From: Dicyema japonicum | Taxonomy: Eukaryota > Animalia > Dicyemida | DNA length: 64,000 nt | Direction of reading: 5' to 3' | NCBI GenBank assembly: GCA_011109175.1 | Contig: RDEW01000021.1 | Coordinates: 920,513 to 984,512, forward strand | In this document: positions 13,021-28,750 of the stretch, piece after piece | How the letters are laid out: each line of letters opens with the position of its first letter | Numbering within the stretch: position 1 is the first letter of the stretch | Made by a program: the position numbers and the translations under genes | The notes under the pieces: generated by a model | What the model saw: only the letters and a program-made list of their open reading frames with translations | Database searches by the model: none | Told to the model about the DNA's origin: nothing

Positions 13021-14284
13021 ACTTATGAAAATTACGTTAACCTAAAAAAATATATTAAACAAACTGACATAAAATGAGATACACAAACTTACAAATTTAT
13101 AGTATAGAACAGGGTCCGCAGGCTTTTGGCTTTGCGGGGCAATATTTTTTTTGTTTATGAGATGTGGGACAAACGATAATAATTATTAACTTTTAAAAAG
13201 AAGTGAATTTTTAAAAAAAATAAATTATTAACGTCAACGTTAATCTAGTTAGTTGAAAAAATATATATCGTTAATATGCGAATTAGTCATCCTCGTTCTT
13301 AGACAATTTTTTACATTATTCATCTTACTCGTCACATAAAAATGCACTTCCAACTATAGAAGTCATTTTCGATTAGATGTTGATATTTTTTACATATACA
13401 AAATTTTTTGTAGAACTCAAAATTCAAATTCAGAAAAAATTTTTAATTGTAGTGTCTCATTGAATTTCAAGTAATTCCATTTGATAACAATTTGTTGTTG
13501 TCTCAATTTCAAAATAAATGAAATTGAATACATGTTGAAAAGATTTTTATAAACCTGAAAAATTAATGTATAAACATTTTACTCTTAAATCTATGAAACG
13601 TTATGAAAATTCTAATCTCAATTCCATAACTATGTTTGCATATTCATGAATATCGGTAAGATTCATAGAAAGAAAATTCACAAAATGCGTCATATTTCCT
13701 CTTTGTAACTGTAATTCCACGACTTCAATGTTTTTTGAAAAACAGTGATTAGGGCATGCATTTAATGTATAAATTAATTACTTCCCGCATTACAAATTTA
13801 GGTCATTTATATGCCAAGTTATATCCACGAAAATTATCAATTTGTAAGTGTTAACAGTATTTTGTAAACATGAAGAATCATAATTCTTTTCCTCGAGGAA
13901 AAGTACAACATCATCCCGTATATTGATAGCGTGATTCTCCTGTAAACTTTAGAAATTTTAGTAATACCGAATTTCAAAATGTCGGTTGATGTTATAAAGC
14001 TTTTGGACAGCAACTGTTATCGAAGCATAACAGGCCTATAAGATTTCCATTATCCTCAATAAAGAAATTGTCATGAGTCAAATCTGCATTAAATGTAGGA
14101 GTTTGAAAATCTTTCATTCTTTTCGGACATTCGGAATTTTAATTGGCAACAAAATTTATTAACAAGTTTAAAAATCTATTTAATTTTTAATGATAAGTAA
14201 AAAATTAAAAAATATTATACTAAATAGCCCGCGGGCCAATTTAGATAGAAAATTTTGTTGACGGGNNNNNNNNNNNNNNNNNNN

Positions 14285-14931
14285 AACATGATAATGTTCT
14301 ATATGACGACTTTATATATCCAATTTTTAATGTTTTTGAAAATCTAACTAAATTCGGGAAAATTCGACCTCTGGTTAGAAAGAGTGGACTAATTAATTGT
14401 GTATTGTATGTTTTGTGTAATTTTAATAGGAAATATGTTTATCACGAACATTGGCCGGACATTTATGTTGCTCTCTGCATTTGTCTATCAAACATAATGA
14501 GTGACTTCACTAAATACCTGGAGATTTGCGATATTTTTGATGCTGAAGATAATAACATGTCTGAAAATATTCTTTCTGTTCAAATGATAGTCGGGAATAT
14601 GAACTCTATGACAGATATCGTCGCTTAGATTTCATTAATACAAAAGATCGATTGATTCACTCGTAAACTTATTAAATGAGGACTTGGATCAAAGACTAAG
14701 GCTGTGGGCCATTTGGGAATTTTCTCAAATGGTTTACTACAAACGTAATATTTGTTGATTCAGTAGCACATATATTTATCCCAATGATGATTCCTAAAAA
14801 TGTCTTCAGTAAAATTGAGACTCTTTCTTCACTCTCTAATATCGAAAATCTACAAGAATATGCAATGAGGTTTGAGGAATCTTATAATGTATTTTTTGGT
14901 ATAATTTTAGAAATACTTTTCGAATCATTAA
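14285..14931 (+). pseudogene. ZER1/ZYG11-like copy 3 (3' part only)
   Basis: Homologous to 3090-3725, with a 13-nt deletion near 14570 and loss of the GT donor (CGCTTAG versus CGGTTAG). Confidence 0.7.
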
Positions 14932-16449
14932 TATTAATGATATTTTCTTTATTTAATTTTTTTTAATAACTTAAAACTTTTCGATCACATTAGGTTTAAG
15001 TTATTTTTTAAAATATCAAGTCACAGGGACTACCGATTACCGAGCGCGAAACGTTACTTAATGCTTGAATTTTTTTTTAATTTTTTTCTAAGTCCATTCG
15101 GGTAACGAGTAGCTCAGTAATTCGTTATTGTCTGTGACATTTTATCATCAAAAAATAAACAAAAATTTATCAACTCAAAAGTTATTAACTAAATGAATGT
15201 TGACAAGAGATTAATAAGCGTGTTTTGCACCGACTCTGTTGAATTTGAATTATTAACTTTTGGTTACCAGAAAATTCATCTAAAACAATTCATCTAAATA
15301 AAATGCATCTAAAACAATTCATCTAAATCGTCATGTTTGTCTAATAACAATTAAATTATTTTATTCAAGATATTTAAAAAGAAATATTGTGAGCTATTTT
15401 TCTAAGATATTCATTTATATGTTCAAATCTAAAATTTTCAACATTTCATTTTATGCGTGAAGCACTTGAAAAAAAACACTTTTTTGGGGATTGTACCTCT
15501 CTTCCCGCTACAAATTGTTCTGATTCATTCAAATTTTGTTTTTTGTCAGACACTCGATAAAATTCCATATATTAGGGTGGTGCGATCCAATTAGAAAAAC
15601 ATGACGATTTAGACGAATTGTTTTAGATTGTTTTAGACAAATTAGCCTAACTTTTATGACCAGAATAAGTAAAAATGATGTTTCTCATGGTTACTAACAT
15701 TCATTCATTTAACGTTTGAAATTAATTGTTTAAGATGATAAGGTTGGAAATCAACTACTACATTGACACTGATTGTAACTAAATTTCACTATTTTTTGCA
15801 AAAATAAATTCACAGACTAGAATATCTCGAACCAGAATTCACACTATAAATTAACAGTCCTGAAAAATTATTAGAACTATTTTATTTTTCAATGAAATTC
15901 TATTCATTTTTAGCATTTTCAGTATATCAACACCTTAAATAATGAATAATTAATATACGCATGGAAAATGGGAGATTCCTTTATAGTAAGATAAATAAGA
16001 TCCTATAAATTGTATATTTTTATATACTAGATTTATTTCTTATATAAGTTCTAGATTTGGTAATTTTAGCGCTAATAAATTTTTTATGTCGTAGAAAATT
16101 CCCCAATCGGCTTCCTCTGCAAGGATCAAAGAAGGCATTTCCGTTCGACAGTAGGAACAATGGAGGCGCACAGGCTTAGGATGGCACATTTGGTTGCGGG
16201 AACTGGGATCACCTAACTAGTTGACTTTACTTTGTCTTTTTTTCTCGGTGATCCACTTGTCCTGCTCATAAGTTATGAGGACACTTTAATTTTGATTTGA
16301 AGAATTCCTTTGGAAGTGCCATTCAGTTTCCCGACACTCAATTACTTACTTTCCATTGTTGAAAATTTTCTTTGCTGCATAGAGTTGCTCGGAACAACCA
16401 AGGGATGTGACAATTTTGTAAATTCATATTTTGAGGAAATAAAGTTGGA

Positions 16450-17070
16450 TTGGAATGCTTTGGTATCTACACTGATGTTGCTGCAACGATGACCGAAAAG
16501 TATGATAATGCGCTACGTGGGTCCATGTGGTGTTGTGTGGCTAATTGGTTGAGGTTATCTGTTTGCTTGTTTGTTCCACCTCTTTCTTCATATTAGAGTG
16601 GCGTCATGTGATCCGCCTGTCTAGGTGGCGCCCAGTGCTTGGCTGGCACGAAAAAGGATCATTTGCTTTCCCNGTTGGATTGGAATGCGTGGGTATCTAC
16701 ACTGATGTTGCTGCAACGATGACCGAAAAGTATGATAATGCGCTACGTGGGTCCATTTGGTGTTATGTGGCTAATTGGTTGAAGTCATCTGTTTGCTTGT
16801 TTGTTCCACCTCTTTCTTCATATTAGAGTGGCGTCATGTGATCCGCCTGTCTAGGTGGCGCCCAGTGCTTGGCTGGCACGAAAAAGGATCATTTGCTTTC
16901 CCACAATCCACTGGAGAGGATTCCACAACTGCAAGTATGGACGTCTTTTACCCTATATGTTGATTGCGGATGGACTCTTTTTCTAGAAGTGGAAACTGGG
17001 TACATTTAGTTAGTTGTTTACTTTATCTTCTATCTCGGTGTATCAGAAGTTAATAAAAAAATAAACAATA
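16450..17070 (+). mobile_element. SINE-like family X with structured core; 230-bp direct duplication joined at a single N
   Basis: Head GTGG..GTGGCTAATTGGTTGA; core GGCGTCATGTGATCC..AAAAAGGATCA at 16600 and 16830; tail shared with 34775-35105 and 33010-33255. Confidence 0.75.
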
Positions 17071-17074
17071 ACTG

Positions 17075-17822
17075 GGCAATTTAAAAGCTGTGCCAGAACG
17101 ACCGAAGGCGATGGGGCGGCAACCAATTCTTCACTGGTTTTTGAGACAAGATTATCTGTTCGGAGATTGGAGTCCAACAAGAAGACCCACTTGGTCCACT
17201 TCTCTTCGCTCTGGGTATCAATGAAATTGTCCGCTCTATCAACAGAACTAAACCTCTGGTATCTTGATGACGCCACGATTGGAGGGCCGTGGAGAAAAGT
17301 TCATGACGTTCTGTCACAAGCCGTGCCAGCACTACGAAACCTTGGACTTGAGATAAACATAAAGAAATCGGAGCTAATAAATATCACATACTCGGAAAGT
17401 AATTTTATCAACGTGGTCGAGTCTTTCAACTCGGTACTACCTGGAATTAATGTCGTACCCAGGGAGCGGACATACTTTCTTGTGTGACCACTTGACGAAA
17501 AAGAACTAACAAAAGAGGATGAACTCTCTAGAGTTACGAAAAAACTATTCTTACTCGATGCTCATACAGCGTTCTTCCTTTTGAAGAATAGCATCTGCTT
17601 GCCCAAATTCCTATACGCTCTCCGATGTTCTCCCTGCTTTAAACATCGTGACATCCTCCTGTCACTGGATAGGACATTGAGAAAATCAGCCGAATTGTTT
17701 CTAAACTTTCACTTTGACGTGCCGAGTTGGAATCAATTCAGGCTTCCTACACGACTCGGAGGTACGGGTCTCAGGTCGCCGCTGGAGATGGCCTTTCCAG
17801 CATATGTGTCATCGCTCTCAAG
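17075..17822 (+). mobile_element. CRE-clade RT fragment, degenerate
   Basis: LNLWYLDDATIGGP..LGLEINIKKSEL; LKNSICLPKFLYALRCSP..QFRLPTRLGGTGLRS; same family as 61980-62710. Confidence 0.85.
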
Positions 17823-18329
17823 TGTATTAGTAAAATACTGATAATTGTTAAAAACTATGTGTTCCGTATAAAATGAAAAATGTCATTTGAACCACTGCTC
17901 TAGAAAGTATGGTAATTGTGCACAAGCGCGGATTCACGGTGTCTAATAGAGAGTTCGTTACTGCTCCAAACCAACTGTTAAATTCTCATTAATGGTGGTT
18001 TTGGTGATATCTCATTCGAGAAAGGGGAAATAGATGAACTCAAGAGGGGGTGATTTTCTGTGATTCGAACAGGACACCACAGTAATACTCAAATTATGAT
18101 TTACTTTGGTTGATCATAATTCTTTATATTGAGAAATTCTTTAAGGTTATTAAGAATCCTCTCGTGCTTGACCAGTCTCCTTCATCTTTCTTTTTTCCTA
18201 AGCGTGACTATGCCGTCTTGTGCGAATAGTCCCTCTTTTATTTTGCCAATGTTGGTAATTACTAAAGGATTTATTCTTGTATATCACCTTTAAACACGAT
18301 TGTATCAGATAATAAATAAAATGATTCAA

Positions 18330-18600
18330 AAGACCAAACTAATTCTTTGATCCTGACACGTTCCAGTAGAACCTTCACTAAGAACAGTGATCCAGAGGAC
18401 GTTGTTCGGAGAGCTGAGGTCGATTCCATAACTCGTTCCCTAGGGAACAAAAATGTCTTAATGGGAAAGAATAGTTGGATTCTTTTGAATGCCGCCCAGG
18501 CATTGGGTGTCTCTGAGTAAGGGGAGTCCAATGACGCCATCAGAGGGAAAAAGGGAAATTTTCAACCAATTAGCCACATAGCACCACGGTCTCACGTCAC
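18330..18600 (-). mobile_element. SINE-like family X, subfamily X2
   Basis: Reverse complement has the same head GTGGTGCTATGTGGCTAATTGGTTGA and the core GATGGCGTCATTGGA..GGCATTCAAAAGAATCC; related to 23565-23790. Confidence 0.6.
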
Positions 18601-19038
18601 TTAAATTTATTCAACACATATGATAGGTAAAGTCGAAACGATTGAAAAAGAACATACTCGAAGATCTTTTATGGATCTTTATTAAGTTTAAGACATTTTT
18701 CATATCCAAGGTATATAATTTTACATTTGATTTTTTAGGCAACTCTTCAACTGTAATTACTCAATTTCCATTCATTACACTTTTTTATTTTTTTATAACT
18801 TGTTAATAATGTGGTGGAGAAAGTCAAATAATATTTTATCTCAACATCAGGGATTTGGAAGCAAACTAACACGTTAACAAACAACCAGAAAGAAAGAACA
18901 ACGAGGAAATACAACTAAAAGTGAATTTAATATTAAATGATAATTAATTATATTTAGCTATAAAATTCAGTAAAAATATAAATAAGTTTAGCAAATAAAA
19001 AAAAATTTAAATTTTCATTCTTTGTAGTGTTCTAGTAG

Positions 19039-21545
<2,507 letters not shown>

Positions 21546-22479
21546 TTTTGTTAATGATTTGTTATTTCTAATGTGATGATTATTTCTGTTGGTTCAATGT
21601 TGGTCACAAAACACCTGGTATTGGCTGGCCAATTCAGTTGACTACCTATCTTTGTCCGGGCTCTTATTCTGTATGTTTGATAAGCTCGTAGCTGCACATT
21701 GGTCACAGAGTTTCCCTTTTAAAGGTTTTCTTACATTAATCCTCGAATTAGAAACTTTGATTTAATTATTATGGCACATGCGCTGTTGATGATTAATTTG
21801 TTATTATTTTTATTAGGGGTCGAATTTCTTTATCTAACTATTACTGAATGTGTCCCCTTAAAGTAGAATTAAACTTTTTCGACGCAATACATTTTGACTT
21901 GTTTTATTGGAGAATTTGGCATATCTCTTGCTTAGTTCTCGAAAGATGTCTGAAAGACACTAAACTATAGGATCAATTGACTTGATCATCTCAGCAAGAA
22001 AGGAACACCACGTTACGATGGCCTAAACAAGTACAAAACATCTTATACGTGGTTGTGTGGTTTGTCAAAATGTTCAATAAATTTTGAATAATGTTTAATA
22101 AAAGGTGAATTAAAAAAAACCATTTTTATAATTAAATAAAAAGATTATAATAAATAAACTACTAAATTCTAAAAAAATAAAAAAGCAAAATTAAATTGAA
22201 ATTCAACATAGCTCAGCACAAATAGAAAATTGTGTATTGATGATGAACAACTTCCAGCATTTTTATATTTTTGTTAACGATACGATCGTTTAATATTCAA
22301 TGCAGATGTCGTCGCCTATTTTGAATAAGTCAATCCTGCTTTGTATTTTGTATAACGAGTTTTCTGTTTTTATTGGATACACTCATCTTTTTAATTCCGT
22401 TATTATCCATTTTCATTAACCGCGATCAAGTTATTTTTATTAAAAATTTTTGCGCAATTTGACTTTTTATTAAACATAA

Positions 22480-23560
22480 TGGAAAAGTTATTAAACAAAT
22501 CGAAAAACCTTGTAAAGGATTTCTGCTGATTTCAAGGATCCTGGAGATGCTAGCTTCTATGATTCTATCCCTGCGAATGCTATTGAAAGCATTGCGGATG
22601 TCTAGTTTGACTGTTATAGCATTCATAGTGTCTGGAGGACTGGCAGCAAAATTCCTGATCGAGTGGATTACTGCCTCGCACTCATGAAGAATTCCAACCC
22701 CATGTTGAGTAGGGCTCAGTTGGGGCATAGAGTATTGCTCGCTGCTCTGGCAGCAATCTTCGCCTTCAGGCGCCTGAATACGTTGCCTATAGCGATGGGT
22801 CTTAACCCACCGCAAGGCTTTCTGAATTTTGGATGCAAAAAGGAGTCCTCTGGCATAGTTGGAGATATCAGCCCGAAGAAAGCGGTCTGTAAGGGTCTTT
22901 ATTGAACTAATGAGGGAATTCCCCATATCGGCGGCTGTGGCATAATTAAGGTCTTTCATATGGCTCGGACGTAGGCCGACCAAGCCAGCACTACTGCTTC
23001 CTGGGAAAGATGAAATAGCAGATCGTATATAAATTGTGGTGGTTGCCAAATGTGGATTGTCTTTCCCAATTTCTGTTTTGCTTAGATCTGATGGGGCGGA
23101 TGGATATTTTTGGATGATGAGCTCGAGAGGTTTCTTAAGTTGGTAAAAAAAACCTTGTTATTGCTGGAGAGCGTGCGCAGGGCACCCCGAATGTCCCCGA
23201 TCATGAACTTCTTATTCACTTCTTTGCGTATCCCACTTGTCTTTTTTGATCCTGGACGATGAGGGAGAATGATCAGCAATCGAATGACTTCCCAGTGCAG
23301 TCGCCAGGTTAACAGTATCGTGTTTAGAGGCATTTCTCTTGATGATTGAATCGAGGCTCCTTTCTTTCAGTTCGGTTGATGTGATCCGAGGACAAGAGGT
23401 GAAAAGCAGAGAAGGCGTATCCAGACATCTTGAGTATTGTTATCGACTGTCATGGTAATTAGCTTTGAAAGACAGGAGGCAGCTGTTAGACGTGTCGACC
23501 TTGGGATCCTGACTGGGATAATCCTCTCCGACACAAAACGATTCAAACGGCGTAGACTTA
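22480..23560 (-). mobile_element. CRE-clade ORF fragment (N-terminal region and RT motifs), degenerate
   Basis: RIPRSTRLTAASCLSKLI..WIRLLCF; GDIRGALRTLSS; FPGSSSAGLVGLRPSHMKD; VKLDIRNAFNSIRRD. Confidence 0.85.
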
Positions 23561-23564
23561 AATT

Positions 23565-23790
23565 TGGCCGCGTGGCGCTCTGTGGTGATGTGGCTAGTAT
23601 GTCACTTATTATTTTTCCTCCCTCTGATGGCGTCATTAGATCCACCTTACTGAGGAGATACCCAATGCATGGCCGGCATCAAGAGGATCCACTATTCTTT
23701 TCCCGGGGGACAATGTCGTTTTCCGGAGACAAGTTCTGGAACGCTGGAACGAGTCAGGATCAAGTCCCACATGCCAATTTCATGTAGCCA
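23565..23790 (+). mobile_element. SINE-like family X, subfamily X2
   Basis: Head-like GTGGTGATGTGGCTAGT; core 23629-23690; 3' part shared with the 18330-18540 copy. Confidence 0.6.
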
Positions 23791-24219
23791 TTCACTCCCC
23801 ACATTTTACCCCACGAATTTTTTATGAGCCAATACTTTTATCCTTTCGAAACTCCATAACCGACAACAGAAAAAGAATGTAAATAAATCTTATTTACACA
23901 ATTTTTTAAATGAAATATTCCTAAAAGTTTCATTAATATTCACCACTATGATAATTTTTAAAGCCGAGATAAGTATTAACAACTGTAACAGGACCACCAT
24001 CTACAAGCGTACGCAAAAGCATATTTTCATCACCTTTTTTCAGTACTTATTAAACTTAATATCTGGTTGACCTCCATGTTTGCATTTACCTTCCTATATA
24101 ATTATCCGTCGATTTATTTTGGCAATGTATGGATACCGTTTTCCAGAATTTATTCCTCCGTATTTTTTTATGTAATTATTACACAATAAATTCATTTCCA
24201 TCAACGCATCCGTCATCAC

Positions 24220-26300
24220 TAGGGCGATTTTTGTCAATAAAGTCAAAAATTGATATGTTCTTTAAAATTGTTTAAAACTTTTAAAAATGTAGTTTTTAAT
24301 CAAAAATATTATATTAATCAAAAGTTATAAAGTCAAAAAAAGTCAAAATTTTTGGTAAAGTCAAAATTTAATTTTTTCAGGTCAATAAAGTCAAAATTTT
24401 TTATCATCATTTATTGTGTTGCCGCGTTCAATCAAGAATGACACTGAAAAAATTAAGTCTGTTGTTAAAAAATATCCTGATGGAAATTTTTTTGGAATTT
24501 GTGGGACATTTGTAACTGCAAAAAAACAATTTTTATAGAATCATATAGATCTTCTAATAAGCATATCAAATTAGCAGGTTTATTTTTTTTACTATTTTAA
24601 AGGTTTCTATACTATAAACCCATTAATTTTCTCGTCCCATCTGCCGACACGTGCGTCGATAAAGTCACTAAAGCTTTTTTCGAATCCGATATTCCCTTCC
24701 ATAAGTTTACAGTAAAAGCTTACGAGACTTGTTTAAGAGTATTGGACATAATCTTCCTTCTACTTACGCTTCCCGAAAAAATGTAGAAAATTTATGCCAG
24801 AAGCAGCTTGACAGAATTAAGCTATTTTTTAGGTTTTATTATCTTTTATTATAGATCTGAAAAATTTTGTTTTGATCTACGAAATCCATGGACAGAAATA
24901 TCTCAATACACTTATTGCAAGAATTTCTGATCTCAAGAAAACTGTACTAGTTAGGAACACAACATCGAAGCCTTTCAGGACAACAGTTAGAATACCTCAG
25001 GAGACTTTCTATCTCCTGTTCTATTCGTCGTATACCTGGAAGTAGCATTGAGAGCTCTTAGAACAAAATGTGAAGAATGCATGCCGATAGAGATTATATA
25101 TGCAGATGACATAGATTTTGTGTCAGAAAATGATCTTGGACTTGCTTTAGAGAAAATCCTTGGAGAATTAAAAATTGGTCTCTGCGAGTTAATCAGGAAA
25201 AGACTGAACACATAAGAAGCACAAGGGAATTAAAATATATTGATGAAAATTGAAGGGAAAAAAGGAAATTGGGATCCTTACTTGGTGATAGTAAGGATAT
25301 GATGCATAGAAGAGTTCTAGCCACTGCCATGTTATAAGAAAATGCAGAAGATATGGAGTTACGAAAACTAATAAAAAAAAACAATCTAAAAAAGACTATA
25401 CAACGCATATATAAAGCCGGGGCTATGTACAACTGGGGTACATGGGGGTCACAAAGCTAGAGCTCAAAGAAAATGGATGGTCCAAGAAGATTTCAAATAT
25501 GAAATTATACTCTTTGGCACAATCGAGGCCAATAATCTCCATCTTGATTCAATAATGTCGGAATCAGGTGCTTTCTATTAATTGTCAATCAAGTGCTTTC
25601 TATCACAGAAGTGAAAAAAACAACATATTTCTCCATATGTATAAAACTATCTGAAAAAGAGTTCTTCCACATAAGTTGAGAAAAGTTTTTCTTTATTGGA
25701 AAAATTACTATCTAAAGATCGAAATTTTAAACCCGAAAACGTTTTGAATTAGGATTTTTTTAATTTTTTTAACAATTAAACAAATGTCAGTTGAGGAAGC
25801 CTGCTGCGTGGATTGCGAACGAGTTCCCTCGGAGTATGGCTATTCCAATCTTTTGTCTTAGCCATAACCCTTCTCGCTGATCCATTTTCTTTCTGGCAAG
25901 CAATCCTCCGAGTTCTCGCAAGAACTCAGCCGTCATTGGACCAACAGCTCCCAATGATTCGGTCGCAACAGGAGTAAATCGGTAGCTATCCCCGAGGCAA
26001 AAATATTTCTTGATTTTTAGGTTTTCCGCAGTCGAAGCAGCTGCTCCAAGTGTCTGAACCGATTTAAAAATATTCGAGCAAGAGAACGTGTCTGTACAAG
26101 TTGCGTTTGAATTATATTATTATGTATTTTTGATTAGTTTTTTTATATTAAAAATTGATTAGTTTTTTTTTTATATTAAAAATTTTTTTAGATAAATTTA
26201 TCATAAAGTCAAAAAAGTCAGAATTTTGAAATTTTAAAGTCAATAAAGTCAAACAATGTCAAAATTTCCGATTTATAAAGTCAAAATAAAAATCGTCCTA
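24220..26300 (+). mobile_element. Complete non-autonomous hAT transposon carrying nested cargo
   Basis: TIRs TAGGGCGATTTTT / AAAAATCGTCCTA (1 mismatch); perfect 8-bp TSD GTCATCAC at 24212-24219 and 26301-26308; ATAAAGTCAAAA subterminal repeats. Confidence 0.92.
24980..25500 (+). mobile_element. RTE-like RT fragment nested in the hAT element
   Basis: SGDFLSPVLFVVYLEVALR..IEIIYADDIDFVS (YADD motif). Confidence 0.8.
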
Positions 26301-26399
26301 GTCATCACTCACACCATATTTGTTCGCTCATTGATATAAGTTTATCGTGTTTGATTGCGTAATGTGATTCCAACGTAGTCAACTATATACATTAAATTT

Positions 26400-26740
26400 A
26401 ATATCAGTTACGGTTTCTTTCAACCCAATTAATTGATGAAGGATATTTCTTTTCATGGATAGGTAGTAAGGAGTCTTCATCTTCTCTATGCAATAAGTAT
26501 GGTATTCGCTACACCAGAAAGTTGAGGGCTCATAAGGTGCAATCTGAGTAGAGAACACCAAGGTCTAAATTAAGGTAAACAGTGTTGTCCGTACCTCGGT
26601 GCTAGTCAAGCACAATAAACCGGACATTGTGGTACACGATTGGAGTCTAGCCAAGTCCTATCATAGACTCTATGATGACATTGAGGTTGGTACTACGTCT
26701 CAAGACCGTTTGCAGACTGTGGAGATATACCAGAATAGTT
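26400..26740 (+). mobile_element. R4/NeSL-like RLE retrotransposon endonuclease fragment
   Basis: VVRSLHLL..KYGI; VRTSVLVKHNKPDIVV..IEVGTTSQDRLQTVE (PD..EV catalytic motif). Confidence 0.7.
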
Positions 26741-26934
26741 TGTTTTTTCAGTTCTTCCTCACCTGATTAAAAAAAATTGATTTAAAAAACCTTCTACTCC
26801 TCAAATTGTCTGGCTTGGTGCAAGTAATCGTGAACGGAATGGCATCAATTTATCATCCGCCGGTTAGATACAAAATAATTATATTTATAATGACAGACTG
26901 TGCTGATCACATAAAAAATGAATGACATTTAGTA

Positions 26935-27185
26935 ATTGTGCAAGGTCTTTTAGATGGAGTTGGGTCCCTTGCTTGGTTTGACAAGTGGCGCGTCATCAGT
27001 GAACATCTCACTGCGGAGCCGGATCGTCCACAAAAGGACTCGCACCCAACAAAAAAAAGAAGTGAAGAGCATTCCTTGGTTTTCTCTCATCGATTAGTTA
27101 GCGTAACTGTTCTTACTTAAAGTGTCCTACCTGGGGAGCTATAGCTAATATGGCTCTTCGTAAAGTGCACTATTATTATGGGTAC
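26935..27185 (+). mobile_element. SINE S1
   Basis: Same body and tail as 55010-55290 and 6260-6570. Confidence 0.7.
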
Positions 27186-28064
27186 CCTTTCATGATATAT
27201 TGGAGATTTGATAAACGAAAAAATGGAGTCATTTAGAATTCGAGATTACAAAATACAAGTGTAGTATTCACAAGACCTATATTCAAGAGCATAATGATCT
27301 ATCTTGTTATTCTTCTAACCACTAGATAGGGCCCAATAGCACATGAAGAGTCCACCATCCCTATTTTATCTCCCAGATTATGATTTTTTAACTATTGAGT
27401 TTCAAAAATTCCTGAGACTTTTTTTCTTCACTTTCTCATGATACAAATTAGTTTATTTTTATTTCCGTAGTGAAGTAGTAGACATGTTATACGCAGACTG
27501 AAATACAAAGCTAAGTGATAACTAGCTCACTGGCATTCAAAATGGTGGTACTTACTTGTATTTCCATATTACAAAAGTATCCCCTCATTATCGTGTCCTT
27601 TGATGGAGAAGTATGGGAAAACATTACTGTTTATATAAAAACCGCGAATCACCATTAGGTGACCTCTATCACCTGGCATTGTAAAGGCTTTGAATCGAAA
27701 GATATCAACCCCACTCTCCATTACCTCCGAGTCGCATCCCATAATGGATTCGACCTCTAAACCTTCTTACCTACGTTTCTTTGGTTCAGAGATTTCATGT
27801 ATCCAATGTCTCCGAATTCGAATAAAGGAGATTACACGAGACAAAAAATTTAACGCAATGAACTCGTCTCCAGCTTAACTTCTGGTGGTAATCAGATAAT
27901 ATACGCTAAGATCGCTTTCAACATGGACAAAAATGACCACCGTCTAGCAAACAAGTGAACCACCCTGTAGTGCCAAAACAAAGTAGTACAAGACACCAGC
28001 CTTCCATACGTTCACAGACAATTTTCCCCCACCGAAATAACAAAAAAAGTATTAATAAAATAAG

Positions 28065-28750
28065 TCAAATCTCCTCAATTTCGACCTCAAAATTACAAAT
28101 AGCACATTTCTGATAGTTTTTATTCCTTCCTCTATTAATAACAAACTTATGTTTGTGAGGCTGACTCGACCTCGTAGCGCTCACTTTGTACCTCAGTTCT
28201 ATCGAATGTTAATACAAACATACTCGTCATCATTAGGTTGTATTTCTTCTGTTTTTGGTGCTCTTTCTTCAGACTTCTCTTCTCCTTCTCTTCCATCAGC
28301 CTTGCCAGACTCCCCCAAACAAGTACAGCACGTTCTTCCACCTGGGCGGAGACGTACAGTCTCATCTGCCCAAAATATTTCACCACGTGAGGATTTCGTT
28401 TGGAAATGAACCTCAAAGGAGGCTTCAGGGAGTCAAAATGAGCGTCTTTTAGCAGATAATCCAACTTTGCCTGGGATTTTGTAATCAACTTATGAACTCC
28501 GTCTTTGTCCCTTAAATTAGATCACTCTGAACCTGCAGTTGTCACACACTGAGTAAGAAAAGTTAGCATATAGGTATGAAAATCTGAACTTGTCCTGGCA
28601 AATAATGCAAACTGCTTGTTCTGTCCGAGAATAAGGGAGCTGATGTCCTTATTTTAGTGATATTCAACCTGGAAGTGGGTTTACAGGTTTGATTGGCTGT
28701 AATTGGGAATTTTTGTCAATCATGAATCCTCCTTCGCTATATTGAGTCAT
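28065..28750 (-). CDS. XPA: XPA nucleotide-excision-repair protein, 205 aa, introns of 21, 22 and 25 nt
   Basis: EGGF motif; C4 zinc finger CIIC..[37 protein letters not shown]; C-terminus KCAICNFEVEIEEI*. Spliced length 618 nt is in frame. Confidence 0.95.

Larger units (their letters stand above)
1075..15200. repeat. Tandem segmental triplication (units start near 1081, 7035, 13985)
   Basis: AGCTTTTGGACAGCAACTGTTATCG recurs at each unit start. ZER1-like exons recur three times; blocks 4040-5240/11585-12790 and 6345-7030/12795-13500 are duplicated. Confidence 0.9.

Noticed and set aside
16450-16900. 230-bp tandem duplication of the family X element as a biological dimer
   Set aside because: The junction is a single N and the copies are almost identical, which is typical of an unmerged contig overlap.
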